Shown: positions 48,350-59,770, counted from the first letter of the stretch. The stretch is 64,000 bases of DNA from Blastocladiella emersonii ATCC 22665 (GCA_025594325.1 JANHCV010000004.1:1426001-1490000); one strand, 5' to 3'. A program made the numbers and translations. The notes: generated from the sequence alone by a model not told the origin.

Positions 48350-49538
48350 TTACACGGGCGCAGCGCCGCCGATCCCGGCCACGTCCTCGTAGAAGAAGTT
48401 GACGTTGGGCGGGAGCGGCGGCACGTCGATCTGGTCGCGCAGCTCGAGCCCATTGGCCTTGACATCCAGCAGGCGCAGGCGCACCGTGATGTCGGTCAGG
48501 CTCTGGATGAACTCGGTCGTGTCCTTGTTGACGATACCGCGCGACAGCAGCAGGTTGAGCCCGTCGGTCCACTCGGAGAACTGCGTCGCCGACGTGCAGA
48601 TCAGGTGCAGCAGCCCGTTGTCGGGCCCGCCCATCAGCGAGAAGCACAGCGTCGATACCTCGGACCCGCTCCCGCCCGACGGCAGACGCGTCCGGACCAG
48701 GGGAGCTTGCACCGTGGCGCTGGGCACGGGCGGGACGCCGCCGGGTGGGAGCGGCGGCGGCGGAGGCACGATGTTGGTGCTCGACGTGCTCGAGGTCAGG
48801 TTCACGGTGAAGGCCGGCGCGAGCGGCTGCGCGCTCAGGCTCGAGACGTGCGACGCGCCGCCGGGCACGGGCGTCGGGCCCGGCGACGTGGCCGCGTGTA
48901 TTGGCGAGCTGAGGCCCGTCAGAACGTCGGTCACGGCGCTGAGCTCGACTACACGTCACTGGGTCAGCGAGATGTGATGGCGAGACGCGGCGAGGCGAGC
49001 GTACTGCGCTCGGTGAGCTGGTCGAGGTTCGGCTTGCGGTCGAGCTTCTCGGGAAAGTCGCCGTAGTGGAGCGTGCGCTTGGTTCCACTCAGGTAGCAGA
49101 AGCGGTACTGCAGCGGCTTGTTGCTGCGCTTCGGGCTCGACCCGCCGCCGTCACGCCCGCCGCCGCCCGACGAGGTGGGCGACGACGACGAGTTGCCGTG
49201 CATGCCCGGCGGGATCTGGAACCACGCGCCCGTGAACAGGCACGACAGCCGCTGCTGCCGCAGGAAGTTGTACGACTCGCGGTACACGACCTCGCGCAGC
49301 TCCCTACATGACCGATTGCGTAAGGATCGGCTTCCGAGGAGACCAAGACAGAGACGCACTTGACAGCGGGCTGACTCATGAGCTCCTCATCCTCGTCAAT
49401 GTCCTTGGGGCTGCGCGCCGGCGAGCCGCCCGGGGTCGGGGTCGTGGGCGTCGCGGTCCCGGGCGCCGGGCTGCCCCCGCCGCTCCCGCCGCCACCGCTC
49501 GGCATCAGCGTAGTCACTTGCGGCCTCGAGTCCGACAT
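48350..49538 (-). CDS. ELMO/CED-12 C-terminal PH-domain protein lacking the ELMO and ARM domains; 3 exons
   Basis: K|ELREVVYRESYNFLRQQRLSCLFTGAWF, RFCYLSGTKRTLHYGDF, FSEWTDGLNLLL, ITVRLRLLDV..ELRDQIDVPPLPPNVNF. The divergent IFT81 ATG lies only ~190 nt upstream. Confidence 0.8.
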
Positions 49539-49729
49539 AGTTGCTTTGCTTTAAGTGTGCGGCGAGGAGAGATCGGAGCAGCAACTCGACCAGGTGCGGC
49601 GCGACGCGTCGTTTCGCAGCTGCAGCCTTCACGTGAGACGCGACGCGTGCCCGGCCTGCGCGGCCTCGTCCCTTTCGCGACTAGTTGCCCTCGCCTTCCT
49701 GCCCTCCTCATCGCCGCAAGGTAACTGCA

Positions 49730-52135
49730 ATGTCATCGAACCTCGCACCGAGTGCAGCGGACCTGCGCCGGGTCATTGACCAGCTCGCGCGGCCGCCGTT
49801 CAGCAAGCGGCTGTCGGTGGTCGCGCTACACGACGACCTCCCGCACCCGGACTTTGTTGCGCTGCTGAACGAGGTGGTCGCGCACGTCGACAGCGGCACG
49901 CCCAACTCGCCGCACGCCCTCGATATCCGCAACGAGCTGCCCGAGGTCACGGCCAACCGCATCGCCGACTTTTGTGTCGGGTCGCTCGGATACGCTGGCG
50001 GGAACAAGCATGCGCGATGGCATGGATCGCGAGAGTGTGGTGCTGATGCCTCACGTTGGGTGTAGGGACGATGTCGCGAACAACATCCTGAGCGGCCAGG
50101 AGCGGTCCGCGCTGCTGCACCTCATGTGCTTCCTGCTCTCGGACGTGCAGGCGCTGCAGCAGGCCGCGTACAAGTCGCGCTTCTGCCGGCCTCTCGACAT
50201 TCCGCTCGAGTTCTCGGGCGACGACCGTACGCGTTCTTGCGCTTCCTAGTCCGAGTTTGGGACACTCACCGCCGCATTTCCCGTGTAGAACTCCAACAAC
50301 TCGTCCAGCAGCTGCAGGAGCGCCAAGCCGAGTTTGCCGAGACGCTCGCGCAGGCGGAGCAGATGCATGAGGCGTCGCAGCAGACGGCGGATCTCAAGCG
50401 CGACATCAGCCAAATGGAGGAGGAGAAGCAGCTCGTCCAGAGCAAGATCCAGCTGATGCAGCGCAAGGTCGCGGACATGGTACGCGCGTTCAACTTCACA
50501 CCCCTACAACCCTCTCTCATCTCCCGCCGCTGTAGCCCAACGCGACGCAGTGGCTCCAGGCCGCGCGCGCGCTCCGCACCGAGCAGGAGCAAGACCGTGC
50601 GCTGACGGACCGCGTCAAGGACCTGCGCGTGCAGCTGGCCTCGGTCGACGAGCGGCTCAGCCAGGCGCAGCGCCGGCTCGCGGACACCAAGGAGATGTCG
50701 CGCGCCGAGCCGCAGAACTTGCTCGGCAAGCTCGAGCGCGAGGTGCAGACCAACCGGTTCCTCGCCAAGGAGAAGCTGCCCAAGGACCTCTCCAACGTGC
50801 TCCAGGCCGTCGCTCTGCTCCAGCGCATCGCGAGCGAGGCGCCGTGGGGTCCCGCTGACCTGCTCAAGCTCGAGCACGAGGTCGAGACGCTCGGCGAGGA
50901 GCTCAAGGATCTGACTGAGCGACGCGTCAAGAACCAGTACGCCGGATCGTCCTCGCACGCTTCGAACACGGGCTAACGCGAGCCCGCTGTAGCAACACGC
51001 AGGACAAGCTCGCGCTGTTTCGGCAACAGGCGACGGTCGTGGCCAACAAGCGCAACGCGACAGCCGACCGCCTGCGCGAGGCGACGGCGGCCATGGACAC
51101 GCTGCGCACGCAGCACGCGGCGGCCATGGCCAACGCGCCCAAGGCCAGCTCGCGGATCCCGCGCGGCGACGAGTTCAAGGCGTACGTGGCCGAGCTGCGC
51201 ACCAAGTCCAACGCGTACAAGGCGAAACGCGCCGAGCTCGCGGCGCTCCAGTCCGAGTTCACCATCGCGGCGCGCACCCGCGAAATCCTCGCCGAGAAAC
51301 GCACCGCGGCCGACCGCGCCCTGCAGGCGCTCGAGCAGCGGCACGGCGTGTCAGGGCTCCGCAACACGCGGACCACGCTCGAGGAGGTGTCGGGCAAGAA
51401 GGGCGACCTCGACGTCGCGAAAGCCGAGGCCGTCGACGACATGTCGACGCTCGTGCAGTCGCTCGTCAAGGCGGTCCAGGACAAGAAGGCGGTGCTGGCG
51501 CCGTCGATCGCCGAGCTCAAGCAGCAGCGCGCGGCGCTCGGCGAGCTCGAGGCCGTGCACGCCGAGCGCAAGCGCGCCTACGACAACGTGGTGCTGGCGC
51601 TCGAGACGGAGATCACGCAGCTGATCGGCGACATCCGCGGGCTGCGCGCCGAGGCCGCCGCCGACGCGTCGCGCTGGCACTTTGTCACGCACATGATCGG
51701 GTCCATGGACGTGGCCATGGACACGGTCCTGCAGGAGATGAAGGTGTACATTGGCAACGCCGACGACGTCGACGCCGCCGTCAAGGCCCGCGGGTTCCGC
51801 TCGTGGCGCGACCTGTACCAGCGCAAGGTGTTCGAGGGCGAGGCCCAGGCGCGACAGCTCCACGAGCAGCTCAAGCGCGTCCACGAGTCGCACGCCCAGA
51901 ACATCGTCCAGCTCCAGCACTTTGCCACCGCGAAACAGCTGCTCGCGCTCCGCGTCGCCGCCAACAAGAAGCTCATGGAGCGCGCCGCACGCGGGGATAC
52001 GGGCAACTCGCGGACCGGCGCGGGTGATGGCGGCGAGGTCTACATGGTTCGCTTTCCGCCGTATGGGTCCTGTGCGCGCGCTGACCCTGCCTCGATGTGT
52101 AGGGCGCCAACGAGCAGCGGCTCGTCATCTCATGA
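49730..52135 (+). CDS. IFT81: Intraflagellar transport protein 81; multi-exon
   Basis: N-terminal CH-like domain (LRRVIDQLARPPFSK..DIRNELPEVTANRI..LGY), long coiled coils (DKLALFRQQATVVANKR; DEFKAYVAELRTKSNAYKAKRAEL), C-terminus EQRLVIS*. Confidence 0.9.
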
Positions 52136-52296
52136 GGCAGACACGTTGTACGAACTCAATGAACACTCTTGAACCTTGATCGTCGCGCAAGAGAGGCAGC
52201 AGGGCGAGACAAGCTACGATCGATAGAGATGATGGGGGAGGGACAATGACATATAACAACAGGGAGGTAAAACAACAAACAGAGTGCGCCGACCAC

Positions 52297-53271
52297 TTAA
52301 CGCTTGACCCAAGCGAACTTCTTGCGGGCCTTCTTCTGACCCGGCTTCTTGCGTTCCACCTGGCGCGTGTCGTTGTCGAGCAGGGCGGCGGCCTCGAGGT
52401 CGTCGCGCGCCGCTGGCTCATGTACGGCGAGGGCGCGGGCGACGGCGACAGCGGTCGCCTCGGCCTGGCCCGTCGGCCCGCCGCCGTTGACGACGGCCCA
52501 CACGTTGTACTTGCCGTAGGCCTTGGCGACCTGCAGCGGGAAACTCGCCGACTCGACCTCGCGGCGGAGGAAGTAGTCGGCGATCGGGGTCCCGTTCACA
52601 AAGTACTGCCCGTTGCCCGGGACGACGGTGGCGACGGCGCGCGACGTCTTGCGCGAGCCCGTGGCGACGGCGCGACCAAAGGCGTCGGGGACCTTGGGCG
52701 CGGCCGACTCGGCGGCAACTGCGGCCTTGTTGAGGAACGGCACCAGGAACTTGCTGTTGGCGACGGGGTTGGCGAGCACCGCGTCGTGCACGAGCTTGCT
52801 GGCGGCGGCGATCTCGGCGATCCCCTCGGGGGTCTCCGGGTCGGCCGTGATGGGCGCGAGCGCGGGGAGGGCGCCGACGCGCAGCGCCAACAGGTGCAGG
52901 ACGAGGGTCTCGTACTGCTGCTCCGACAGCGTCAGGGCCATCTCCTGCATCAGCACGTCGCGCGACTTGAAGGCGCGGCGCACCGCGTCGTACGCGGCCG
53001 GGTTCGCCTTGATGGTCTCGACGGCCTCGGCCGCCTCCATGGCGCCGCCCAGCCGCGTCGTCAGCTCCTGGACCAGGTCGTAGTACTTGGCGTTGCCCGT
53101 GAAGTACGCGGGCGTCGCGGGCCGGCTCGTGCCGTGCATGTCGATCGACATGGACATGGCGCGGCGGGACGACGAGGCCGCGGCGGCGAGGATGGGGCGT
53201 GCCGCGAGGGCAGCTGCGCCACGGCACGCCAGCCCCGCGGAGACGGAGGCCACCAGCGAGCGGCGAAGCAT
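52297..53271 (-). CDS. MRPS9: Mitochondrial ribosomal protein uS9m
   Basis: ATGSRKTSRAVATV..G.G...VNG, VNGGGPTGQAEA..VAVARAL, DTRQVERKKPGQKKARKKFAWVKR*. Presequence present. Confidence 0.95.
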   Translation of the reverse strand: MLRRSLVASVSAGLACRGAAALAARPILAAAASSSRRAMSMSIDMHGTSRPATPAYFTGNAKYYDLVQELTTRLGGAMEAAEAVETIKANPAAYDAVRRAFKSRDVLMQEMALTLSEQQYETLVLHLLALRVGALPALAPITADPETPEGIAEIAAASKLVHDAVLANPVANSKFLVPFLNKAAVAAESAAPKVPDAFGRAVATGSRKTSRAVATVVPGNGQYFVNGTPIADYFLRREVESASFPLQVAKAYGKYNVWAVVNGGGPTGQAEATAVAVARALAVHEPAARDDLEAAALLDNDTRQVERKKPGQKKARKKFAWVKR

Positions 53272-53514
53272 GATGTGTCGATTACGTTGCAGGGACTGAG
53301 CGAGTGCTTCGCAATGGCGGATTCGTGATGCGTGGCCGGGTCGAGCTCGATTCGGTCGCTCGCGGCGGAGCGGCGGCAGAGTGTTTGAAGAGCTTAGCTG
53401 CAGATCACCCCGCCGTCACCTGACCGACTCAACACTGAAGGACGCTACGCGTTTTCGCTGCCGTTTTCCCTCTCTCCTCAGTCGCAAGGGCTAGGTGAAC
53501 CATGTATCTGGATG

Positions 53515-55838
53515 CTACGACTTGGACCTGCTCGAGCCGCGCGACTTTTTGCTCTTGGGCCACAGCCCGAACGAGCGCAGCCGCGTGATGGATGCGCGAC
53601 GAAAGTTGCGGTCCTGGGACGCGATGATGAGCGGGTCGAGGGCCACGCCACCGCAAATGACGAGCGTCATGACTATACAGGTGTTGGTGTCAGTCCCGGT
53701 CCGAGACGGGCGTGGGTGAGAGCAACGTACCCTTGTCCACGTTCGCGTCGATCCGCTCGCCCGTGATCCACGCGTGGAAGAGGTGGATCATGAACATGAT
53801 CCACGTCGACGAGAAACTGAGGAAGACGAGCAGCCCACGCCGTAGGAGGAGCGCCTCGGCGCGGAGCAGGCGCATCTCGCTGCGCTGTTTGCGCCGCCGC
53901 TTGCTCGGCGACGACAGCGGCGGGCCCGACGACCGCGACCCGTCGCCCGACGTCACGGATCGCGTACCGGCCTGCACGAGCGGGAGCGCCGTAGTAGACG
54001 TGGAACCCTGCGCCGTCAGCCCGCTCATGGGCGAGGTCGCACCCGGTGCAGGCGACGACGGGCTAGCGGTGTGCCCGGTCCGCGTCGCCGCCGCCGCGGC
54101 AGGCGGCCGCGCGAGCTGCCCCGACTCGCTGTTGAGGCTGATATGGCTCCCGACCCAGTCGCCCGTGCGGTTGCTCTGCGTGACCGACGACGTCCCCTGG
54201 TCCGTCGTATCGCCGCCGCCGCCGCTCGTCCCGTCCTCGTCGTAGTCGTCCTCGGTCCGCACGCCGATCCCGAGCTCCGGGATCTGCACCCGCGATATCC
54301 GCCGCATCTGCCGCCCAAGCGTCGCCGTCAGCCGCGACAGCGTCAGGTGCGCGCCCCGGCCCGCCACGGCGTCCCCGCTGCCGCGGCTCGCGCGCGACGG
54401 CGGCTCCTGTGCCATCATCCGCTCGCGCGCGACGGTCCCGACACCGACGAAGCTGAGCCGGAACGTCGGTTGTTGCGGGCTGAGTCCGTCGGCTTCCTCC
54501 GCGGACGCGTTGGACTCGTCGTCGGCGTCGTTTGGCTCCTCGATCAGCGGCAGCGGCGGTTCGAGCAGGAGCGGCGGGGGCCGTGGGACCGGCCCATCGT
54601 CCATGGGCGACGCCGGGAGCGGAACGTCGGCCCCGTTGACGACCGTCACGGCGGGCCGGTTGCGGTCGCGGTCGTCCTTGCCGGGAATGTGGATCACGAC
54701 GGACTTGGCCGCCGGCCGCTCCGTCGGCGACTGCTGCTGCTGCGGCTCGGGGAGCGCCGACTCGGACTTGAGTGTCGGGTCGACGATCATGGCGCCGACC
54801 GAGGTCGGGTTCTGGCCCCACGAGGATGGATGTTGTTGTGTCGACGGGCCCGAGGCGGCGGACGTCGGCGGCTGGTTCTTGCGCGAGAGGTTGGCCTTGC
54901 GGAAGCTCGTGCGCAGCTGCTTGATGATGATCGCGTAGACCGCTACACGCAAAACCCGCTTGTTAGTTGCATTTCTGGGGAGCACGGTGGAGGCGACAGT
55001 GCCACGTACCAACGACCGTGAGTAGGTTGAAGTTGATGATGACGAGGTCAATGTACGTGACGACGACCATCTCGCCCGACACGCCGAACGCGGGCCCGCA
55101 GAACAGTCTAGACGAGCGCTCGTCAGTTCACTCGGTGGGGAGGTTGCGTGGACACAGGAAGAGTCGTACCCGCTATTCGAGATGGTCGGATTCGGGCCGA
55201 AGAACCAGTGGATGAAGGCGAAGAGGCCGCCCGTCCCCCACGCGCCGAGCGCGGCAGACCAGATGATTCGTGGCGGGACCTTGATCAGCTTCTTGATGGA
55301 CAGGTACCGCTCCATGGAGATGGTGAGCATGGCAAAAACCGAACTACAAACAGACGTCGCGTGAGTAAGCTTGAGGACGGCCGAGGCGCGACAGCCGCTT
55401 ACGGACCTGGAGAGCGCGAACGTGTTCATGCTCGAGTCGAGGATGCAGTGGATCCGGTCCCACCGCAGGTTGACGAGGAAGAAGACCTTGGTGATGAACA
55501 CGCAGAGGCCGTAGACAAAGTTGTTGATGCTACGTCCGCGTGGTTCGCGCGTCAGCGTGCATCCGTCGCATTACACGCCAGCCGCCGTACCAAAAAAGAA
55601 TCGAGAGCAGGTTCGCCGGGTTCGTGCGATGTAGCCGTGACGAGAACCCGACCCAGACCACGAACCCGTTGAGGATCATGGCACAGAGCACCTGGAACAT
55701 GTTGACGAGGTGAAAGGCGACGGTCTCGCTCATGGGCGTCCGCCAGTCCATGGGGTTCCACCATTCCCGCCTCAGCAGGATCTCAGCAACGTCGGTGGTC
55801 GGGTACGGCTCGATGCCGTCGAACCACGCGGGCGGCAT
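53515..55838 (-). CDS. Class A (rhodopsin-like) 7TM receptor, copy 2; multi-exon, very long ICL3
   Basis: TM1 VLCAMILNGFVVWVG, TM3 MLTISMERYLSI, TM6 EALLLRRGLLVFLSFSSTW, TM7 VMTLVICGGVALDPLII followed by DRNFR. Confidence 0.8.
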
Positions 55839-56336
55839 GATGGCGGGAGGCGAGTTGGAGGCGGCGAGGGGCGAAGGGGCGAAGGGGCGAACGTCGCCGG
55901 TAGCGAGGAGTGCACGTTCAAGCGCGTGCGAGTTCCATAGTTTGCAGGAGCTGCGTGTGCTTCATTGACAGCAATTCTACCGCCGTGTCGTTTGCATGTA
56001 GAGCGAGCGAGCCGCAATCTGGTGCTGGTGCGCGCCGGCCAGCTGAGAGTATTCTCGTCGTCTTCCTTCAGATTTGGAGACGGGTGCGCGGTCTCCCACC
56101 CGTTGCGCGAAGAATATCAGCGCGCGCGTGTGCGACTGAAATTAGCGATTCCCGGCGGGTCGGCGCAACACGCGTCGCGCGTTTTGCCTCGCGCGGGAGA
56201 CGCGTTGCGATATCACGTGAGAGGCGCGCTGATCGCGTTTGCCCTGCGCGGCGCAGCGCAGGCCGCGTTGTGCGCGCACCTTGGGCGGCAAGCTCGCCGC
56301 CATCCGCCCGCTCCCTCCTCTCCCGTCGCTCCGAAA

Positions 56337-57860
56337 ATGAGCGAGTCACCGCCATCCGAGCAACGTATCGACGACGACAACGCCACCATGCCCGCGACGA
56401 CGCGCAGCCAGGACGCGCCGACCCGAGTCAAGGCCGCGCGCCCCGCCGAGGACGAGCCCGAGACCGCCGCGGGTCCCGCGGCCAAGAAGCGCCGCGCCGC
56501 CGCCATCAAGAAGGAGGTCAAGCAGGAGGTCAAGGTCGAGCCCAAGCAGGAGATCAAGGTGGAGCCCAAAGCGGCCAAGGTCAAGCAGGAGTCGAAGCCC
56601 GCCAAGGTCAAGCAGGAGGCCGGCAAGAAGAAGAAGAAGGCCAAGGCCAAGGCCAAGCCGAAGAAGCGCCCCGCTGCCGACGGCGACGAGTCGGACGACG
56701 GCGACTACGACGGCGGCGGCGGCGCGCGCAAGACCAAGGCCAAGCAGCCCGCGGCGTTCGCCTTCGACGACGAGTTTGGCGCCGAGTTTGAGGAGTTTGG
56801 CGAGTTTGACGAGGACGAGTCGGGCGCCTCGACCCGACTCACGATGCCCAACCCGGTCGTCCCGGTGCCGGTGCCCGCGGACCACGTCAAGATCGTGTCG
56901 TGGAACGTCAACAGCATCACCACGGCGTTGGAGCGGGGTACGCTTTCCATGTCTCACCGCATCGCCTCCACGAGTTGCGACTCACACCGTCTCTCGCGCG
57001 GCGCGTAGGTTTCATCGAGTACCTCGACGGCGAGCAGCCCGACGTGGTCTGCCTGCAGGGCACCAAGATCAGCGGCGAGCCCGAGGAGCTGTCGTTCGAC
57101 GACCTGTACCCGTACCAGTTCTGGTCCACGAGCACCAAGTCGCGCGGGTACTCGGGCTCGGCGATCCTGAGCAAGCTCGCGCCGGTCGGCGACGCGCGGT
57201 ACGGGCTGCCCGACGAGTACGGCATCGACGACGCGCGGTGCCGCGTCATGACGCTCGAGTTCGCCAAGCTCACGCTCGTGTCCGCGTACGCGCCCAACGC
57301 CGGCATGAAGAACCTGCAGAACCTCGACGACCGCCGCGAGTGGAACCTGGCCATGGAGCAGTACCTCGCCGCACTCGACGCCGTCAAGCCCGTCGTGTAC
57401 TGCGGCGGCCAGAACGTCGCGCACGAGGAGATCGACCTCTCACGTCCCAAGCAGAACGAGAAGTGCGTGCTCGCGCGTCGCTCACCCGCCGCCGTGATCC
57501 TCGACTAACTCTCGCACCTACCGCATCTCCAGGACCGCCGGCCACTCGGCCAAGGAGCGCGAGGATATGACGCGGCTCCTCGACGAGGTGCACCTGGTCG
57601 ACGTGTGGCGCCACCAGCACCCGGGTGACCAGCGCTTCTCGTACTTTGGGTACCGCAACGACTGTCGCTCCAAGGGGATCGGGTGGCGCCTCGACTCGAT
57701 TCTCGTCAGTGAGCGGCTCGTCGAGTGCGCGGACAAGAGCGCGGCCGTCGGCGCGTGCACGATCCGCGACGACTGCTGGGGCGCCAGCGACCACGTCCCG
57801 CTCGTCCTCACTGTGCCGCGCGCGCTGTTCGAGGCGTCGCCGGCGGCTGCCGAGGAGTGA
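56337..57860 (+). CDS. ExoIII/APE1-family AP endonuclease homologue with catalytic substitutions; exons 56337-56937, 57009-~57462, ~57531-57860
   Basis: KIVSWNVNS, PDVVCLQGTK, GYSGSAILSK, YAPNAG, CGGQNVAHEEIDL, GWRLDSILVS, SDHVP. Lys-rich N-terminal extension. Confidence 0.88.
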
Positions 57861-57959
57861 TTTTGGGGGAGTGTGTGTGTGTCGTTTGTATCGTATATCC
57901 CACGACACGAGTGATTTCTACTTGACGACACGCCGCCGCTCGACATGGCCGTCGCGAGC

Positions 57960-58053
57960 GGCGATTCCTATTCTGCCCCCCAGCCGGTTATCCTGCCCCC
58001 CGCGGCTATTCTGCCCCCTCGGCTATTCTGCCCCCAAGCCACGGTCACATGAT
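57960..58053 (+). repeat. Left TIR made of 4 tandem TAT(T/C)CTGCCCCC units
   Basis: Units start at 57969, 57989, 58007, 58024 (spacing 20/18/17), followed by GGTCACATGATA. Confidence 0.9.
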
Positions 58054-58274
58054 ATCGCGACGCGTCGATTTCCCGCGACCGGCCGCCGTTATCACGGCCC
58101 CGTCGACTTGTACTGACTCCGCAAAAAATCACACACATAAAAAAGAGTTCATGCAACGTGATGAAAAATGCTGAATGAAAAGCTCACGCGAAGCGATGTC
58201 GCTGCCAAATGAAAAACAGAAGCGTATTTATTCAACGGGTCGACAGGCTCAACATTTCTTGCTCTTATCCAACT

Positions 58275-59770
58275 CTAGTGCCTCTTTTTGAGCAGCTCCT
58301 GGAGCGCGCGCGCGCCGGACGTCATGGGCGCGTTCGCGATTGCCGCGGGCGTGGTCGTGGTGGTCGCCGTGGCGGTCGCGGCGGTCGAGCGCGCGGCAGT
58401 CGTTGACGACAAGGTCGCCAGCTCCACAGTCGTGACCGCGGTTCTCAAATCAGTTGCGTTTGTTGACTCGACTGTACCGCGCCGTGCGCGCTTGCGCGCG
58501 GGGCCCGAGTTCGCCTTGGCGGAGCTCTTCCGCTTCGCTACACGCCAGATGGTGAGATCCGAACGTCCTTCAAACGCGGCGACCAATCGTACCTTGCGTT
58601 GCAAAGTCTTTTGGGCAACTTGCGGGACGAGGAGGAGATTTCGGCGGCCGGCCGCGGTTGCTCCCGTACTTTCTGGGCGGGTTGCGGACGTCAGGAAGGC
58701 TGTCCGCTCGTCCTTGCACCGGCTGCCGCGCCGCGGGAGCCTTGCCCTTCACTGCAGCTGGGCCAGGCTCCTCGTCGTCGTCCGGCGGGAGCTCGCCGTC
58801 GTACTCGTCCTTGTCAAGCACAAGGACGTCTGCGTCGGCCGCGTCGAGATCCTCCTCGAGAGCTCTGGGCGTAGTCGGCCGCATGTGCTCGCGGATCAGC
58901 TGCCCGAAATCCGGACCTACAGGCTCGGGCGGCAGCACTTCGCCGCCGTTGCTGTTCTTGCCCAGACTGCCGTGTTCGCTAGGAAAAATGAAGTCGCGGT
59001 CGACCAGGCTCTTGCCCTTGGCCATGAGGTAGGCGTCATCAATCATGCTGAGCGTGAACCACACGTCCCCGGCGTGATACATCACGGCGAACGCGTGATC
59101 GCATGGATGTGTCACGCCGACGCGACACGAGCAGAGAATCGCGCCGTCGTTGAAGACAATGAGGTAGTACAGCTCGCGCGACGACCGCCGAAGGCCCACC
59201 CGCCATACCGATCGGGCGCACTCGTTGTTGGCGAGCTCGCGGAACTGGTCGTACGGCATTTCCGCGAGATCGCGCTCCTGCAGCCGCACTGGAGTGCAGT
59301 TGTGCACGTTTTGCAGACTACTTAAGAGCGCGTTAGCGACGTTTGGAGTGCAGTTTTGCGCGATTGCCCTGGCAATGGCGCGTAGGTCCGCATTGAGGTC
59401 GCTGAACGAGCGACCCAAATTATTGCGGTACACGGCCTCCATCTTGTTGGCCTGATCCGCTTCGCGAACGAGCTCGCGGCCGACCGCACTGTCGACCCCC
59501 ATCAAGCGAGTGTTGGTGTCGAGGCCGAACCGCTTGAGGAGGCCGTTCATGCCCTCGACATGCTGGTCTCCTTGATCGGCCACGCTCAGTGTTTGTCCGA
59601 TCTGCTTTGACGCGACGCGTGGTGAGCGACGCGTCAAGACGGTCGCGCCGACGGCACTAGGAATCCGCGTAATAATTTTTTTGGTTGGAAATTTCACGCG
59701 GGAAGCGGTCACCTTTTTTTTTCGGTGCGTGCAGCGTGCCACATTTTTTCGAGGGAGTTGGTTGTGGTGC
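58275..59770 (-). pseudogene. Truncated MULE transposase (C-terminal part only), probably with an intron near 58540-58590
   Basis: ORF 58570..59982 carries a motif like the E of the DDE triad (EGMNGLLK), a SWIM finger and GRPPK. No N-terminal DNA-binding domain or D-D catalytic segment is recognisable. The 5' limit is approximate. Confidence 0.7.

Noticed and set aside
45829-55838. Type-2 opsin photoreceptors feeding the CNBD channel
   Set aside because: Neither receptor has Lys at the Schiff-base position by my alignment.
57960-58040. Short regularly spaced repeats suggesting a CRISPR array
   Set aside because: No unique spacers, mirrored at 59820-59899, eukaryotic context; explained as transposon TIRs.
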